A DNA stretch of 32,000 nt from Acaryochloris thomasi RCC1774 (GCF_003231495.1 NZ_PQWO01000004.1:393918-425917), one strand, 5' to 3'; positions 9,641-19,080 are shown, counted from the stretch's first letter. Notes: a model not told the origin generated them from the letters alone. Translations and numbers: made by a program.

Positions 9641-9788
9641 GCGTGAAGGTTTCAATGCAGAAGACCTAGCGGATTTGTGGCAGATTTATGTAGAAGGTCT
9701 CATTTCTACACTCTATTCAATGATGATTTCGGAACGCTTTAGACAGTCGCTATGATTTGACCTGACCTGAATAGTCACCCTTTGCAAA

Positions 9789-11945
9789 ATGACGAATTTC
9801 TCTCAATCCTTGGCCCAAGAACTATCCCTACGTCCGTGCCAAGTTGAAAGTGCGATCGCACTTCTCTCAGAAGGAGCCACCATTCCGTTCATTGCCCGCT
9901 ACCGCAAAGAACGCACGGGAGAGATGGATGAAACCCAGCTCCGGCAGCTCTCAGAGCGCTATGCCTATCTCACCGAACTAGAGGCCCGCAAGCAGGTTAT
10001 TCTCGAATCCATCGAACAACAAAATAAGCTCACCCCTGATCTAAAGAACAAAATACTGGCCTGTCAGCAGAAAACAGATCTCGAAGATCTCTATCTGCCC
10101 TACCGCCCTCGTCGCCGCACCCGCGCCACCCAAGCTCGGGAACAAGGTCTCCAGCCCCTCGCAGCCTGGATCGAGAAACAGAATCATCCCCAAGCCCAGC
10201 CTCAGTCGCTGCAGCAGCAGGCCCAGCAATATATTTCGGCAGAGCAAGGCATCAAAGCCACCGCCGATGCTCTCAAAGGGGCCGCCGATATCTTGGCGGA
10301 AGCCATTGCTGAGCAGGCTAAGCTGCGGTCCTATGTGCGCGACACCCTCTATAAGCAGGGTGAGTTCGTCTCTCGGATCAAAACGAAATATCCCGAAGGC
10401 AGCACAAAGTTCGAGATGTACCGCAGCTTCCAGGCCAGAGCGAATCGGATTGCCCCCCACAATTTGCTGGCCCTCTATCGGGGTGAATCAGAAGGCATTC
10501 TCTCTGTCGCTCTTGCCTGTGATGAATCTCCTTTGCTGGCCCACCTTGAGTCACAGATCATCCGGGCCAAGACTAGAGAGATTAGAGACTTTTATCGGAC
10601 TGTGATTGAAGATGCTTTCAATCGACTGATGAAGCCATCCCTGACTAATGAGGTGAGAGCCACCTGCAAGGCGATCGCCGACCGCGAATCTATCGAAACC
10701 TTTGAAACGAATTTGCGAGAGCTGCTGCTCTCTAGCCCTGCGGGGATGAAGCCGACGCTGGGCATTGATCCAGGCTTCCGCACCGGCTGCAAGGTGGTGG
10801 CCCTAGACCAGACGGGACAGTTTTTAGAGTATGAGGCTATCTTTCCGCACCAGGCGGCAGCCCAAAGAGAAAAGGCCGGCCACACCCTAAAGCGCATGAT
10901 CAACAAACATCAGATTGATCTGATTGCGATTGGCAACGGGACGGCAGGCCGAGAGACCGATTCATTTGTGGCCGAAGTTCTCAAAAATTTAGATCGGAAG
11001 CCCGTTAAGGTGATGGTGAATGAGTCAGGGGCTTCGATTTATTCGGCCAGTGAAGTTGCGATCGCAGAGTTTCCCAACTTAGACATCACCGTCCGAGGTG
11101 CGATTAGCATTGCCCGTCGCCTCCAGGATCCTTTAGCTGAGCTGGTGAAGCTCGATCCGAAGTCGATTGGCGTCGGTCAATATCAGCATGATGTTGACCA
11201 AAAACTCCTCAAACAAAAGCTGAACGATACGGTGGAAAGCTGTGTCAATTATGTTGGTGTTGATCTCAATACTGCCTCCAAAGAACTGCTGACTTTTGTG
11301 TCAGGCATTACAGGTGCGATCGCAAATAATATTGTCACCTACCGCAATCAGAACGGCGTCTATAAAAACCGGCGTCAGCTCTTGAAAGTTGCCAAGCTAG
11401 GCCCCAAAGCCTTTGAGCAGGCTGCGGGCTTCCTTCGCATTCGCGCGGGTAAAAACCCGTTGGATAATACCGCTGTCCATCCTGAAAGTTACACTGTTGT
11501 TGAAAAGATTGCCCAAGATCTGCAGGTGGACTTAACCCACATCAGCCAGATTCCTGAGCGTCTCCAGCCCGGAGATCTGAAGCGGTATATTTCCGATGCA
11601 GTGGGTGAACCCACCCTCCGCGACATGCTTGCCGAACTCGAAAAACCCGGTCGTGACCCCCGCGCAGAATTCAAGTATGCGACCTTTAAAGAGGGCATCA
11701 CAGAACTTTCCGATTTGACCACCGGCATGACCCTAGAGGGAGTTGTTACAAACGTCACGAATTTCGGCGCATTTGTCGATATTGGCGTCCACCAAGATGG
11801 CCTTGTCCATATTTCTCAAATGGCTGATTTTTTCGTTCAAGATCCTAAGCAGGTTGTCAAAGTCGGGCAAGTTGTGAAAGTTAGGGTTCTAGAAATTAAC
11901 GAGAAACTAAAACGGATTGGCCTCTCGATGCGTTCTTCTACATAA
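9789..11945 (+). CDS. tex: Tex-like transcription accessory protein with C-terminal S1 RNA-binding domain
   Basis: The 718-aa ORF starts with the Tex N-terminal block IPFIARYRKERTGEMDE. It has a YqgF/RuvC-like region (GIDPGFRTGCKVVALD), an HhH region, and a C-terminal S1 domain (LEGVVTNVTNFGAFVDIGVHQDGLVHISQM...VKVRVLEIN). Confidence 0.95.
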   Translation: MTNFSQSLAQELSLRPCQVESAIALLSEGATIPFIARYRKERTGEMDETQLRQLSERYAYLTELEARKQVILESIEQQNKLTPDLKNKILACQQKTDLEDLYLPYRPRRRTRATQAREQGLQPLAAWIEKQNHPQAQPQSLQQQAQQYISAEQGIKATADALKGAADILAEAIAEQAKLRSYVRDTLYKQGEFVSRIKTKYPEGSTKFEMYRSFQARANRIAPHNLLALYRGESEGILSVALACDESPLLAHLESQIIRAKTREIRDFYRTVIEDAFNRLMKPSLTNEVRATCKAIADRESIETFETNLRELLLSSPAGMKPTLGIDPGFRTGCKVVALDQTGQFLEYEAIFPHQAAAQREKAGHTLKRMINKHQIDLIAIGNGTAGRETDSFVAEVLKNLDRKPVKVMVNESGASIYSASEVAIAEFPNLDITVRGAISIARRLQDPLAELVKLDPKSIGVGQYQHDVDQKLLKQKLNDTVESCVNYVGVDLNTASKELLTFVSGITGAIANNIVTYRNQNGVYKNRRQLLKVAKLGPKAFEQAAGFLRIRAGKNPLDNTAVHPESYTVVEKIAQDLQVDLTHISQIPERLQPGDLKRYISDAVGEPTLRDMLAELEKPGRDPRAEFKYATFKEGITELSDLTTGMTLEGVVTNVTNFGAFVDIGVHQDGLVHISQMADFFVQDPKQVVKVGQVVKVRVLEINEKLKRIGLSMRSST

Positions 11946-12277
11946 AAAGCCGGTTGCCGACTGCATAAACTGCGATAAAACTTTATGCTTCGACATCATT
12001 TATCAAGCGAAATTATATTTGCTATATTGGGCATGTTCAGCAGAGACTCAGCGCATACTCATAATTGGGTTCTGTGAACTAATGGGGATTGGGAACCTCC
12101 ATTAGCGTCAAGGGGTAGGTTATTTGGGCAAGTTAATAAAAGCGATGGCTGGCAACCTAGGTTGTCAGTGCGGCGGTCATCGATGGGGGATAAGTTTCAC
12201 GCTCAATTGATTGAGCGGGGCTTGATGTGGCTTGACTTGCGATCGCAAATCATTAAGAACATTCATTTCGTTTAAAA

Positions 12278-15200
12278 ATGATGATCAGCCAACAGATACG
12301 GTGTGGGGACCAGCAAGCCAGCCAAGCAACCTACTGGCAGCAAAAATTAAGAGGGGGACCAACGGGGGTGGAGCTGCCCTTCGATTCAATCCATTCCTCT
12401 GCTCCGTCCTGGCCTAGAAATGAAGAGCGCGTTGAGCTGTCGGCAAGTATGAGTGCCCAGCTCCAGCAGTTTACTGCTCGCGAGAACATCACGCTGCTCA
12501 CCGCTTTTCTAGCCGCCTTCAACACCCTGTTGCTGCGCTATACAGGCCAAGAAGATATTGTTATCGGCTCCGTCACCGTCGATAGTTGTCGCCAGACAGC
12601 CGCCGGGTCTCCACAGAAATTCACCAACCTCCTTGCCCTGCGACCCTTTCTCACGGCCGCTCAAAGTGCAAATGAGGCTCTGCAAAACGTCACAGACATG
12701 TTGCAGGAAGCTGCCGAGCATCGAGATTACCCCTTCGCAGATCTCGTTAATGACGCAAGCCACCCCGCTGCTGATGTCCAGGCACCTATTTTTCAAACCA
12801 TGTTGGTGCTGTGCGATCATCCCACTGAACTCTCTCAAACGCCAGTCTCACAGGCTGCACTCCTAGACATCTCAGATTGCATGAACGAGCGTGACCTCGT
12901 TCTGGTCATCTCAGAGCACGAAGATCACCTCGCTATTAACTGTCGCTACAGTACGCGGTTTAAAGCCACATCAATCCGTCGAATGCTAGAACATCTGCAG
13001 TGTTTGCTCGCGGGCATGATCACCGATCCTCAGCAGCAGCTTGCCGACCTTCCCCTCCTGACTGCAGCCGAACGCCATCAGCAGCTAGTGGAATGGAACC
13101 TGACAGAGCGGGACTATCCGCAAGCCTGCATTCATCAGTTATTTGAAGCTCAAGTAGAACGGACCCCTGAAGCCATCGCCGTGGTTTTTGAAGGGGAACG
13201 GTTAACCTACCAAGCTCTGAACCAACGCGCCAACCAAGTAGCGCACCAACTACAAAACTTGGGCATCGGCCCAGAATCCCTGGTCGGCATCTGCGTCGAG
13301 CGCTCTCCAGATATGGTTGTGGGGCTGCTGGCAACGTTGAAAGCAGGCGGTGCCTACCTGCCCCTCGATCCGGCATATCCCGCAGATCGTTTAGCCTACA
13401 TGCTTGAAGATTCGCAGGTATCCGTGCTGCTGACGCAAGCCGCTCTCCGAGATCAGTTTTCAGCCTTCCCGCTCCAGTTCATTTGCCTTGATGCTAAAGC
13501 GCAACCATCCGATCAGGACATTGAAAACCTCAACAATCCCGTTCATTCTGAGCAGTTAGCCTACGTCATTTACACCTCTGGTTCCACTGGACGCCCCAAA
13601 GGTGTACTCGTCACACACCGAGGGGTTCCCAACCTAGCGGCAGCGCAGTGCCGCACCTTTGCGGTGCAGTCCTCTAGCCGGATTCTCCAATTTGCCTCCT
13701 TTAGCTTTGATGCCTCTATCTCAGAGGTCTTCATGGCGTTGTATGCAGGTGCCAGCCTCTATTTGGCCTCCAGAGAATCCTTGATGCCAGGGCCAGCGCT
13801 CCTGAGTCTTTTGCAAACAGAGGCCATCACTCACGTGACTTTACCGCCTTCAGTGCTAGCGGTTTTGCCCTCCATAGAGCTACCTGCCCTACAAAGCATC
13901 ATTGTTGCAGGCGAAGCCTGCCACGGCAGGATCGTTGCTCAGTGGTCACAGCCGCGACGCTTTTTCAATGCCTATGGTCCCACTGAATGTACCGTGTGCG
14001 CGACGATTGCTGAATGCAAGAGTGATGGGGCTTGTCCCCCTATCGGTCGCCCCATTGATAACACCCAGCTTTATATCCTTGACCCCAGGCGTCAGCCTTT
14101 ACCCGTGGGAATCCCTGGCGAACTCTATATTGGTGGGATTGGGTTGACGCGTGGCTACCTCAATCGTCCCGATCTGACCATTGAAAAATTTATTCCTAAT
14201 CCCTTTGGGGAGGGTCGCCTCTACCGAACCGGTGATTTAGTGCGCTATCGACCAGACGGCAATATTGAATTTTTAGGGCGTCTTGATCACCAAGTGAAAA
14301 TTCGTGGTTTTCGCATCGAACTCGGTGAGATCGAAGCGGTGCTGAGCCGCCATGCACAGGTGCAGCACTGCATCGTCATTGCTCGGGAAGATACGCCTGG
14401 GAATAAGCGGCTCGTGGCCTATGTTGTTGCCCATGATTTCGATCTCAAGGCACTCAAGCAATCTCTCAAAGCACAGCTACCTGCATATATGATGCCGAGT
14501 GCGGTCGTCCCAATGGCAGCTTTGCCTTTAACTCCCAATGGTAAAGTTGACCGCAAGGCATTGCCCGCGCCGGTAACAGGTACCGCCGATTTTGTCGCCC
14601 CTCGGACGCCAATAGAGCGGCATCTGGCCTCGATTTGGGCAACGCTACTCCAGCTTGAGTCAGTGAGCCTTAACGACAACTTCTTTGAACTCGGGGGCCA
14701 TTCCTTGATGGTGGTGCGGCTCTGCACTGTCATTGAAAAGGAATTAGGGATTACGCTGCCCCCTGCCGTTTTGCTGCAGGCACCCACGTTGGCGCAGCTT
14801 GCCACTCACCTCGATACTCCTACCCAGTGGTCACAGCCTTGGTCTTCGCTAGTTCCTATTCAGCCTCAGGGATCGAAGCCGCCTTTGTTCTGTATTCATG
14901 GAGCTGGTGCGAATGTTTTAATGTTCCGTGACTTGGCACAGAACTTGGGGACAGACCAGCCTTTTTATGCGCTGCAGTCTAGGGCACTAGATGGGACAGA
15001 GCTGCCCTTGACCACGATCGAGGCGATGGCGGATGCCTACCTCCAGGAAATACGGTCTTTCTATCCCAATGGCCCCTATCTCCTTGCCGGTTACAGTATG
15101 GGTAACTTCATTGCCTTAGAAATAGCGCACCGACTCACCTCAGAAGGCAAAGACATCGCACTGCTAGCGTTGTTTGATCCGCCGCCCCTTCGACCCCCAG

Positions 15201-15658
15201 GGAGGAGCATGAATCACTCGCCAGCCAGTCCCTCTAAACCGAAGTCACTCGCCCGTCGTCGCTGGTTTGTCGCCAAGCAAAAATCGTTGCGAGCTATCCT
15301 CAAATTTCACAGAGCGTTTGGACTCCCGCTCTTACCGACGCTGCGTTTGTTCCCGGCACTGCGTCTGTTCAATGTTCAAGAAGAGAATATAAAGGCTGCT
15401 GCTCAGTATGTGACGGATGTTGCCTATCCTCACCTGGCCACCCTGTTTTTAACGCCTCAAAGCCGTGCTAAGTTTCCAGCATTAGAGCAGAGTTGGGGAG
15501 CGATCGCCGCCGCGCTGACGATCTATGATGTGCCAGGATGTCATGGTGTTGTTTCCGCTGACAGCTTTCTGAAAGAGCCAAACGTCAAAACATTGGCTGC
15601 ACATCTCACGACGTCTATTGAAAAGGCGATTGAGAGAGCAACCCCTCAGAAAAACTAA
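12278..15658 (+). CDS. Single-module non-ribosomal peptide synthetase: truncated C domain, then A-T(PCP)-TE
   Basis: - N-terminus: the first ~265 aa match only the C-terminal half of a condensation domain (YWQQKLRG...LPFD; FTNLLALRP, C5-like; HRDYPFADLV, C6-like). No HHxxxDG is present, and an in-frame stop at 12254 blocks any upstream extension.
- A domain: LAYVIYTSGSTGRPKGV (nt ~13571), NAYGPTE, GELYIGG..LTRGYL, YRTGD and NGKVDRKAL.
- PCP: FFELGGHSLM (~14689).
- TE: GYSMG (15089-15103), LALFDPP and PGCHG. Confidence 0.95.
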   Translation: MMISQQIRCGDQQASQATYWQQKLRGGPTGVELPFDSIHSSAPSWPRNEERVELSASMSAQLQQFTARENITLLTAFLAAFNTLLLRYTGQEDIVIGSVTVDSCRQTAAGSPQKFTNLLALRPFLTAAQSANEALQNVTDMLQEAAEHRDYPFADLVNDASHPAADVQAPIFQTMLVLCDHPTELSQTPVSQAALLDISDCMNERDLVLVISEHEDHLAINCRYSTRFKATSIRRMLEHLQCLLAGMITDPQQQLADLPLLTAAERHQQLVEWNLTERDYPQACIHQLFEAQVERTPEAIAVVFEGERLTYQALNQRANQVAHQLQNLGIGPESLVGICVERSPDMVVGLLATLKAGGAYLPLDPAYPADRLAYMLEDSQVSVLLTQAALRDQFSAFPLQFICLDAKAQPSDQDIENLNNPVHSEQLAYVIYTSGSTGRPKGVLVTHRGVPNLAAAQCRTFAVQSSSRILQFASFSFDASISEVFMALYAGASLYLASRESLMPGPALLSLLQTEAITHVTLPPSVLAVLPSIELPALQSIIVAGEACHGRIVAQWSQPRRFFNAYGPTECTVCATIAECKSDGACPPIGRPIDNTQLYILDPRRQPLPVGIPGELYIGGIGLTRGYLNRPDLTIEKFIPNPFGEGRLYRTGDLVRYRPDGNIEFLGRLDHQVKIRGFRIELGEIEAVLSRHAQVQHCIVIAREDTPGNKRLVAYVVAHDFDLKALKQSLKAQLPAYMMPSAVVPMAALPLTPNGKVDRKALPAPVTGTADFVAPRTPIERHLASIWATLLQLESVSLNDNFFELGGHSLMVVRLCTVIEKELGITLPPAVLLQAPTLAQLATHLDTPTQWSQPWSSLVPIQPQGSKPPLFCIHGAGANVLMFRDLAQNLGTDQPFYALQSRALDGTELPLTTIEAMADAYLQEIRSFYPNGPYLLAGYSMGNFIALEIAHRLTSEGKDIALLALFDPPPLRPPGRSMNHSPASPSKPKSLARRRWFVAKQKSLRAILKFHRAFGLPLLPTLRLFPALRLFNVQEENIKAAAQYVTDVAYPHLATLFLTPQSRAKFPALEQSWGAIAAALTIYDVPGCHGVVSADSFLKEPNVKTLAAHLTTSIEKAIERATPQKN

Positions 15659-15735
15659 GCAATGATTTTATACGGGCAAAGCGGTTGGCATCATCAACTC
15701 TAGATTGGGTTTGAGCAACTTAGAGGTCAGATCTC

Positions 15736-16134
15736 ATGTTTTCCTTTACTCGATTTATTAGCTTGCTGCTCAGTCTTAGCCTGCTGGGCGGCTGCACTAT
15801 TTCGGCACAGCCCGAAGCCCCCAGTTCAGTCCCTCAGACTACCGCGCCGAATTCTGAACAGGGAGCCGCTGCTGAGCAAGAAGGGCTGCCGGACGAAGTT
15901 GCAAATCAGGTCAAAGCTCAGCTTAGTGAAGAGCTGGGTGTGACATCGCTGCAGGTTAAAGCCTACAGCAGAGAAACTTGGTCCGATGGCTGTCTGGGTT
16001 TGGGGGGACCGGCTGAGGCCTGTCTAGCAGCACTGACCGAAGGGTGGCAGGTAGAAGTCATGGATACGGCAACGGGCCAAAGCTACGTCTATCGGACGAC
16101 TCTCAATGGCGATAGTGTTCGGCGCTCGCCCTAG
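15736..16134 (+). CDS. Hypothetical lipoprotein
   Basis: The 132-aa ORF has a signal peptide plus lipobox (LLSLSLLGGC). I do not recognise a family. Confidence 0.55.
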   Translation: MFSFTRFISLLLSLSLLGGCTISAQPEAPSSVPQTTAPNSEQGAAAEQEGLPDEVANQVKAQLSEELGVTSLQVKAYSRETWSDGCLGLGGPAEACLAALTEGWQVEVMDTATGQSYVYRTTLNGDSVRRSP

Positions 16135-16153
16135 CAGAAGACTCAGGCTTCTG
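16135..16153. terminator. Weak hairpin between convergent genes; possible bidirectional terminator
   Basis: cagaag (16135-16140) pairs with cttctg (16148-16153) across a 7-nt loop, immediately after the lipoprotein stop codon. The stem is short and there is no clear U-tract. Confidence 0.25.
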
Positions 16154-16166
16154 TCATTCGGAGCAA

Positions 16167-18830
16167 TTAGGATTGCGCTCCTGCCGTCACGATAATGAGT
16201 TTATCTGGGTGAATTAAAGATTCAATGGCAGCATTGACTTCATCCAGCGAGATGTCATTAAGCTTTTGCGGAAACTCTTGAATGGCAGTCAGGGGCAACC
16301 CGTGCACTTCATTCATAAGAATGCGCTGGGCAAGAAGGTCGGGGGCTGCAAGATCAACGGGGTAGCTATTGACTAGCGTTCGTTGCACTGTCTCTAGCTC
16401 GCTTGCCGTAATCCCCGATTCTCGGAGCTGTCGCAGGAGCATGAGGGTGCTAGAGATGGCCTGCTCTGAATCCTCTGGGGAGGTCTGCATTTGGATCGCA
16501 AAGGGGCCCGCCTGTTCTCCGGCAGCAAAATAGCTATAGATGCCATAGGTGAGTCCTTGGCGATCGCGAATTTCTGTCCCCAATCGACTGGCTAGGGTAT
16601 CGCCCCCCAAGACTTGGTTAAATAAAAGTGCAGCATAGTAGCGGGGGTCGTGCCGATTGATGCCGCAGTAGCCCAGATAGGTCACGACCTGAGATTTACC
16701 GGTCATGGGGACCTGAAGGCGATCAATCTCCGACGGCTGCGTTACCTCTGGAAAAGATAGTGAGGGAACAGAACCCTGCGACTGCCACGCCCCCAATAGA
16801 TGCTCTAGCTTGTCAGTAATCTCGCCTACCTTGAAGTCGCCCACTAACGTTAGTATGGTTTGCCGGGGCAGGTAGTGAGTTTGATAGAAGTGCTGCAGGT
16901 CGTCCCGAGTGATGGCTCTCAGGCTTTCTTCTGTCGGGAAAGAGTGAAAGGGGTGCGTTGCTGGGTAGATCCGCTGCTGAAAAGTGCGCCGCGCCAGCCG
17001 CCCTGGATCGTCTAGCTCCATCTTGAGACCCGAGAGGGTGCGCTGTTGCGATCGCAACACCTCCTGTTCAGGGAACGTCGCATTCTGCAGTACATCTGCC
17101 AGCGTATCGAGCAAAACTGAGATATTGCTGGACAGGGCATAGCCTTCAATATCAACCCCTTCTCGAAAAGAGCTGAAGTCTAGTCCTGCTCCACAGTTCT
17201 CCAGCGCCTTAGCAAGGGTGAGGGCATCCTTCGTTTGGGTGCCGCTGAGCAAATTATCTGCCGTCAGTCCGGCTAAACCAGGAGACTGCAGATCAAAGCT
17301 ATTGCCAGCCTGAATGTAGCCACTAAGGGTCACCGTAGGCGAGCTGTGGTCTTCAAGCAGCAGCACCCGCAGACCGTTCGATAGCACCACTTTTTCAGGC
17401 AGCGCCTGGGTACTCGAAACCGTCGCGTCCGGGATGGGGGGCAAATATTGCGCCACCACCGCTGGATCCACCGGCTCACTGGGGCTAAAGTCTTCCGCAG
17501 TCTGCGTTGCGGGACCACCGGAAAAAGGCTGGTCGGTGAGTTGAGAGGGTTCAAACCAACCCGACGTTCGCTGACTGGACTTCAGATACTGGGCAGCAAC
17601 CCGCTGTACATCCGCTGCCGTCACCGCTTCCAGATGCGCTAAATAGCGATCGCTGTAGCGATAGTCCCCCGAGACAATCTGGTTATAGGCCAACTGACTG
17701 GCCTGATGGTCAATTTCTCGATTGCTAAGAATTAGACTGGCCTTGAGTTGGACCTTCGCCCGCAGCAGCTCCTCGGCGCTGACGGGCTGCTGCTGGATCA
17801 CCGTAATCGTCTCCTGCAGTACCCGATCTAACGTCTCTAGATCTTGGTCTGGAGCAGCGACCACCGAAATGTTGTACCAACCCGGCTCCATTAGCGCCAC
17901 CGCATAGGCACTCACGTAGCTAGCCAGCCCCGAATCAATCAGAGCCTGGTAAAACCGAGAATTGCGCCCTGCCGACAGAATGCTGTCCATAATGTCTAGC
18001 GCTGGCACATCAGGGTGATGCACATTGGGCAAGGGATAAACAGCCTCCAACAGTGAAGTACTGCCAGGTTCTCGAAGGATAATAGGGTCAGGAGTTCCCT
18101 CTCCCTGGGCGTCTAAGGAGGCCGTAATCACCGGCTCGACAGGCGAAGCGGCAAAATCACCGAAGGCTTGCTCTACAACCGCTAGCGTGGAAGCTGTTTC
18201 AAAATCGCCCGTAATCACCAGAACAGCATTACTGGGACAGTAAAAGCGATCGTAATAATCTTTGACCTGGGGCGCTGTGAACTTCTCCACATCGGCCTTA
18301 GATCCGCCTACCGATAGACCATAGGGGTGGTTGGGGAACGCTCGCTGCATTACAGCTTTACCCAAGCGATACTCAGGACTGTTCTCGTAGCCCTGCAGTT
18401 CAGAAATCACCACCCGCTGTTCACTGGCGAGCTGCTCTGCATCAATGCGGGCGTTCCGCATTCGGTCCGCTTCAAGGACAAGTAGCGCCTCTAATTTATC
18501 GCGGCTGACCGTACCGAAATAGGCCGTCATGTCGTAGCTGGTAAAGGCATTGGAATCGCTGCCTAGGGCACTGAAAAGGCGACCAAACTGAATCGGGCGC
18601 TGGTGAGTCCCCTTAAACAATAAATGCTCAAGCTGGTGGGCTATGCCGCTGGAACCGGGCTTCTCGTTGCGAGCCCCGACTCGATACCAAACTTGAACGC
18701 TGACCACTGGTGCTGTATGGACTTCTTTAGTGAGAACAGTCAGACCATTGGAGAGTGTAGTTTGCTGAACGTTCTTAGTGAGGGTATCCCCAGCAGGGGA
18801 AGGGTGTGAAGACACAACGGTCATGGGCAA
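16167..18830 (-). CDS. M16 (pitrilysin/insulinase) family zinc peptidase; fused active and inactive halves
   Basis: The 887-aa ORF has the inverted zinc motif HQLEHLLFKG in its first half. The second half begins with a homologous LSNGLRVLLLEDHSSP block but lacks HxxEH. That is the typical two-unit M16 clam-shell arrangement. Confidence 0.9.
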   Translation of the reverse strand: MPMTVVSSHPSPAGDTLTKNVQQTTLSNGLTVLTKEVHTAPVVSVQVWYRVGARNEKPGSSGIAHQLEHLLFKGTHQRPIQFGRLFSALGSDSNAFTSYDMTAYFGTVSRDKLEALLVLEADRMRNARIDAEQLASEQRVVISELQGYENSPEYRLGKAVMQRAFPNHPYGLSVGGSKADVEKFTAPQVKDYYDRFYCPSNAVLVITGDFETASTLAVVEQAFGDFAASPVEPVITASLDAQGEGTPDPIILREPGSTSLLEAVYPLPNVHHPDVPALDIMDSILSAGRNSRFYQALIDSGLASYVSAYAVALMEPGWYNISVVAAPDQDLETLDRVLQETITVIQQQPVSAEELLRAKVQLKASLILSNREIDHQASQLAYNQIVSGDYRYSDRYLAHLEAVTAADVQRVAAQYLKSSQRTSGWFEPSQLTDQPFSGGPATQTAEDFSPSEPVDPAVVAQYLPPIPDATVSSTQALPEKVVLSNGLRVLLLEDHSSPTVTLSGYIQAGNSFDLQSPGLAGLTADNLLSGTQTKDALTLAKALENCGAGLDFSSFREGVDIEGYALSSNISVLLDTLADVLQNATFPEQEVLRSQQRTLSGLKMELDDPGRLARRTFQQRIYPATHPFHSFPTEESLRAITRDDLQHFYQTHYLPRQTILTLVGDFKVGEITDKLEHLLGAWQSQGSVPSLSFPEVTQPSEIDRLQVPMTGKSQVVTYLGYCGINRHDPRYYAALLFNQVLGGDTLASRLGTEIRDRQGLTYGIYSYFAAGEQAGPFAIQMQTSPEDSEQAISSTLMLLRQLRESGITASELETVQRTLVNSYPVDLAAPDLLAQRILMNEVHGLPLTAIQEFPQKLNDISLDEVNAAIESLIHPDKLIIVTAGAQS

Positions 18831-18908
18831 AAGAGGATCCTACAAATAGCGGTTTCCTCATTCTAGGTCCATTGCCTTCACGGTTGCTAAGTCACTGGGG
18901 TTTGGTCA

Positions 18909-19028
18909 TCAGTACTCGCCAAACGACCAAAATAAAGAGACTACTAAAGCCCATAACCATGGTCCAATCTTGCCAGCTTTCAGGGTGAAGGAGCTGCAGC
19001 ACAGAGGAACCTCTTGGTAAGTACTCAT
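18909..19028 (-). CDS. Possible 39-aa single-TM micro-protein; unverified
   Basis: Hand translation gives MSTYQEVPLCCSSFTLKAGKIGPWLWALVVSLFWSFGEY*. It has one hydrophobic helix. There is no Shine-Dalgarno and I recognise no family. It lies 80 bp upstream of the M16 gene on the same strand. Confidence 0.2.
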   Translation of the reverse strand: MSTYQEVPLCCSSFTLKAGKIGPWLWALVVSLFWSFGEY

Positions 19029-19080
19029 GCTTATTATAAGCTCAATAGCTCGGCTTTGTAGCGGTCTATAGCAATACGCG

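Noticed and set aside
12232-12417. A 61-aa ORF upstream of and overlapping the NRPS start, considered as a possible remnant of the missing C-domain N-terminus.
   Set aside because: Its translation (MTCDRKSLRTFISFKNDDQ...) has no C1-C4-like motifs and is out of frame with the NRPS.
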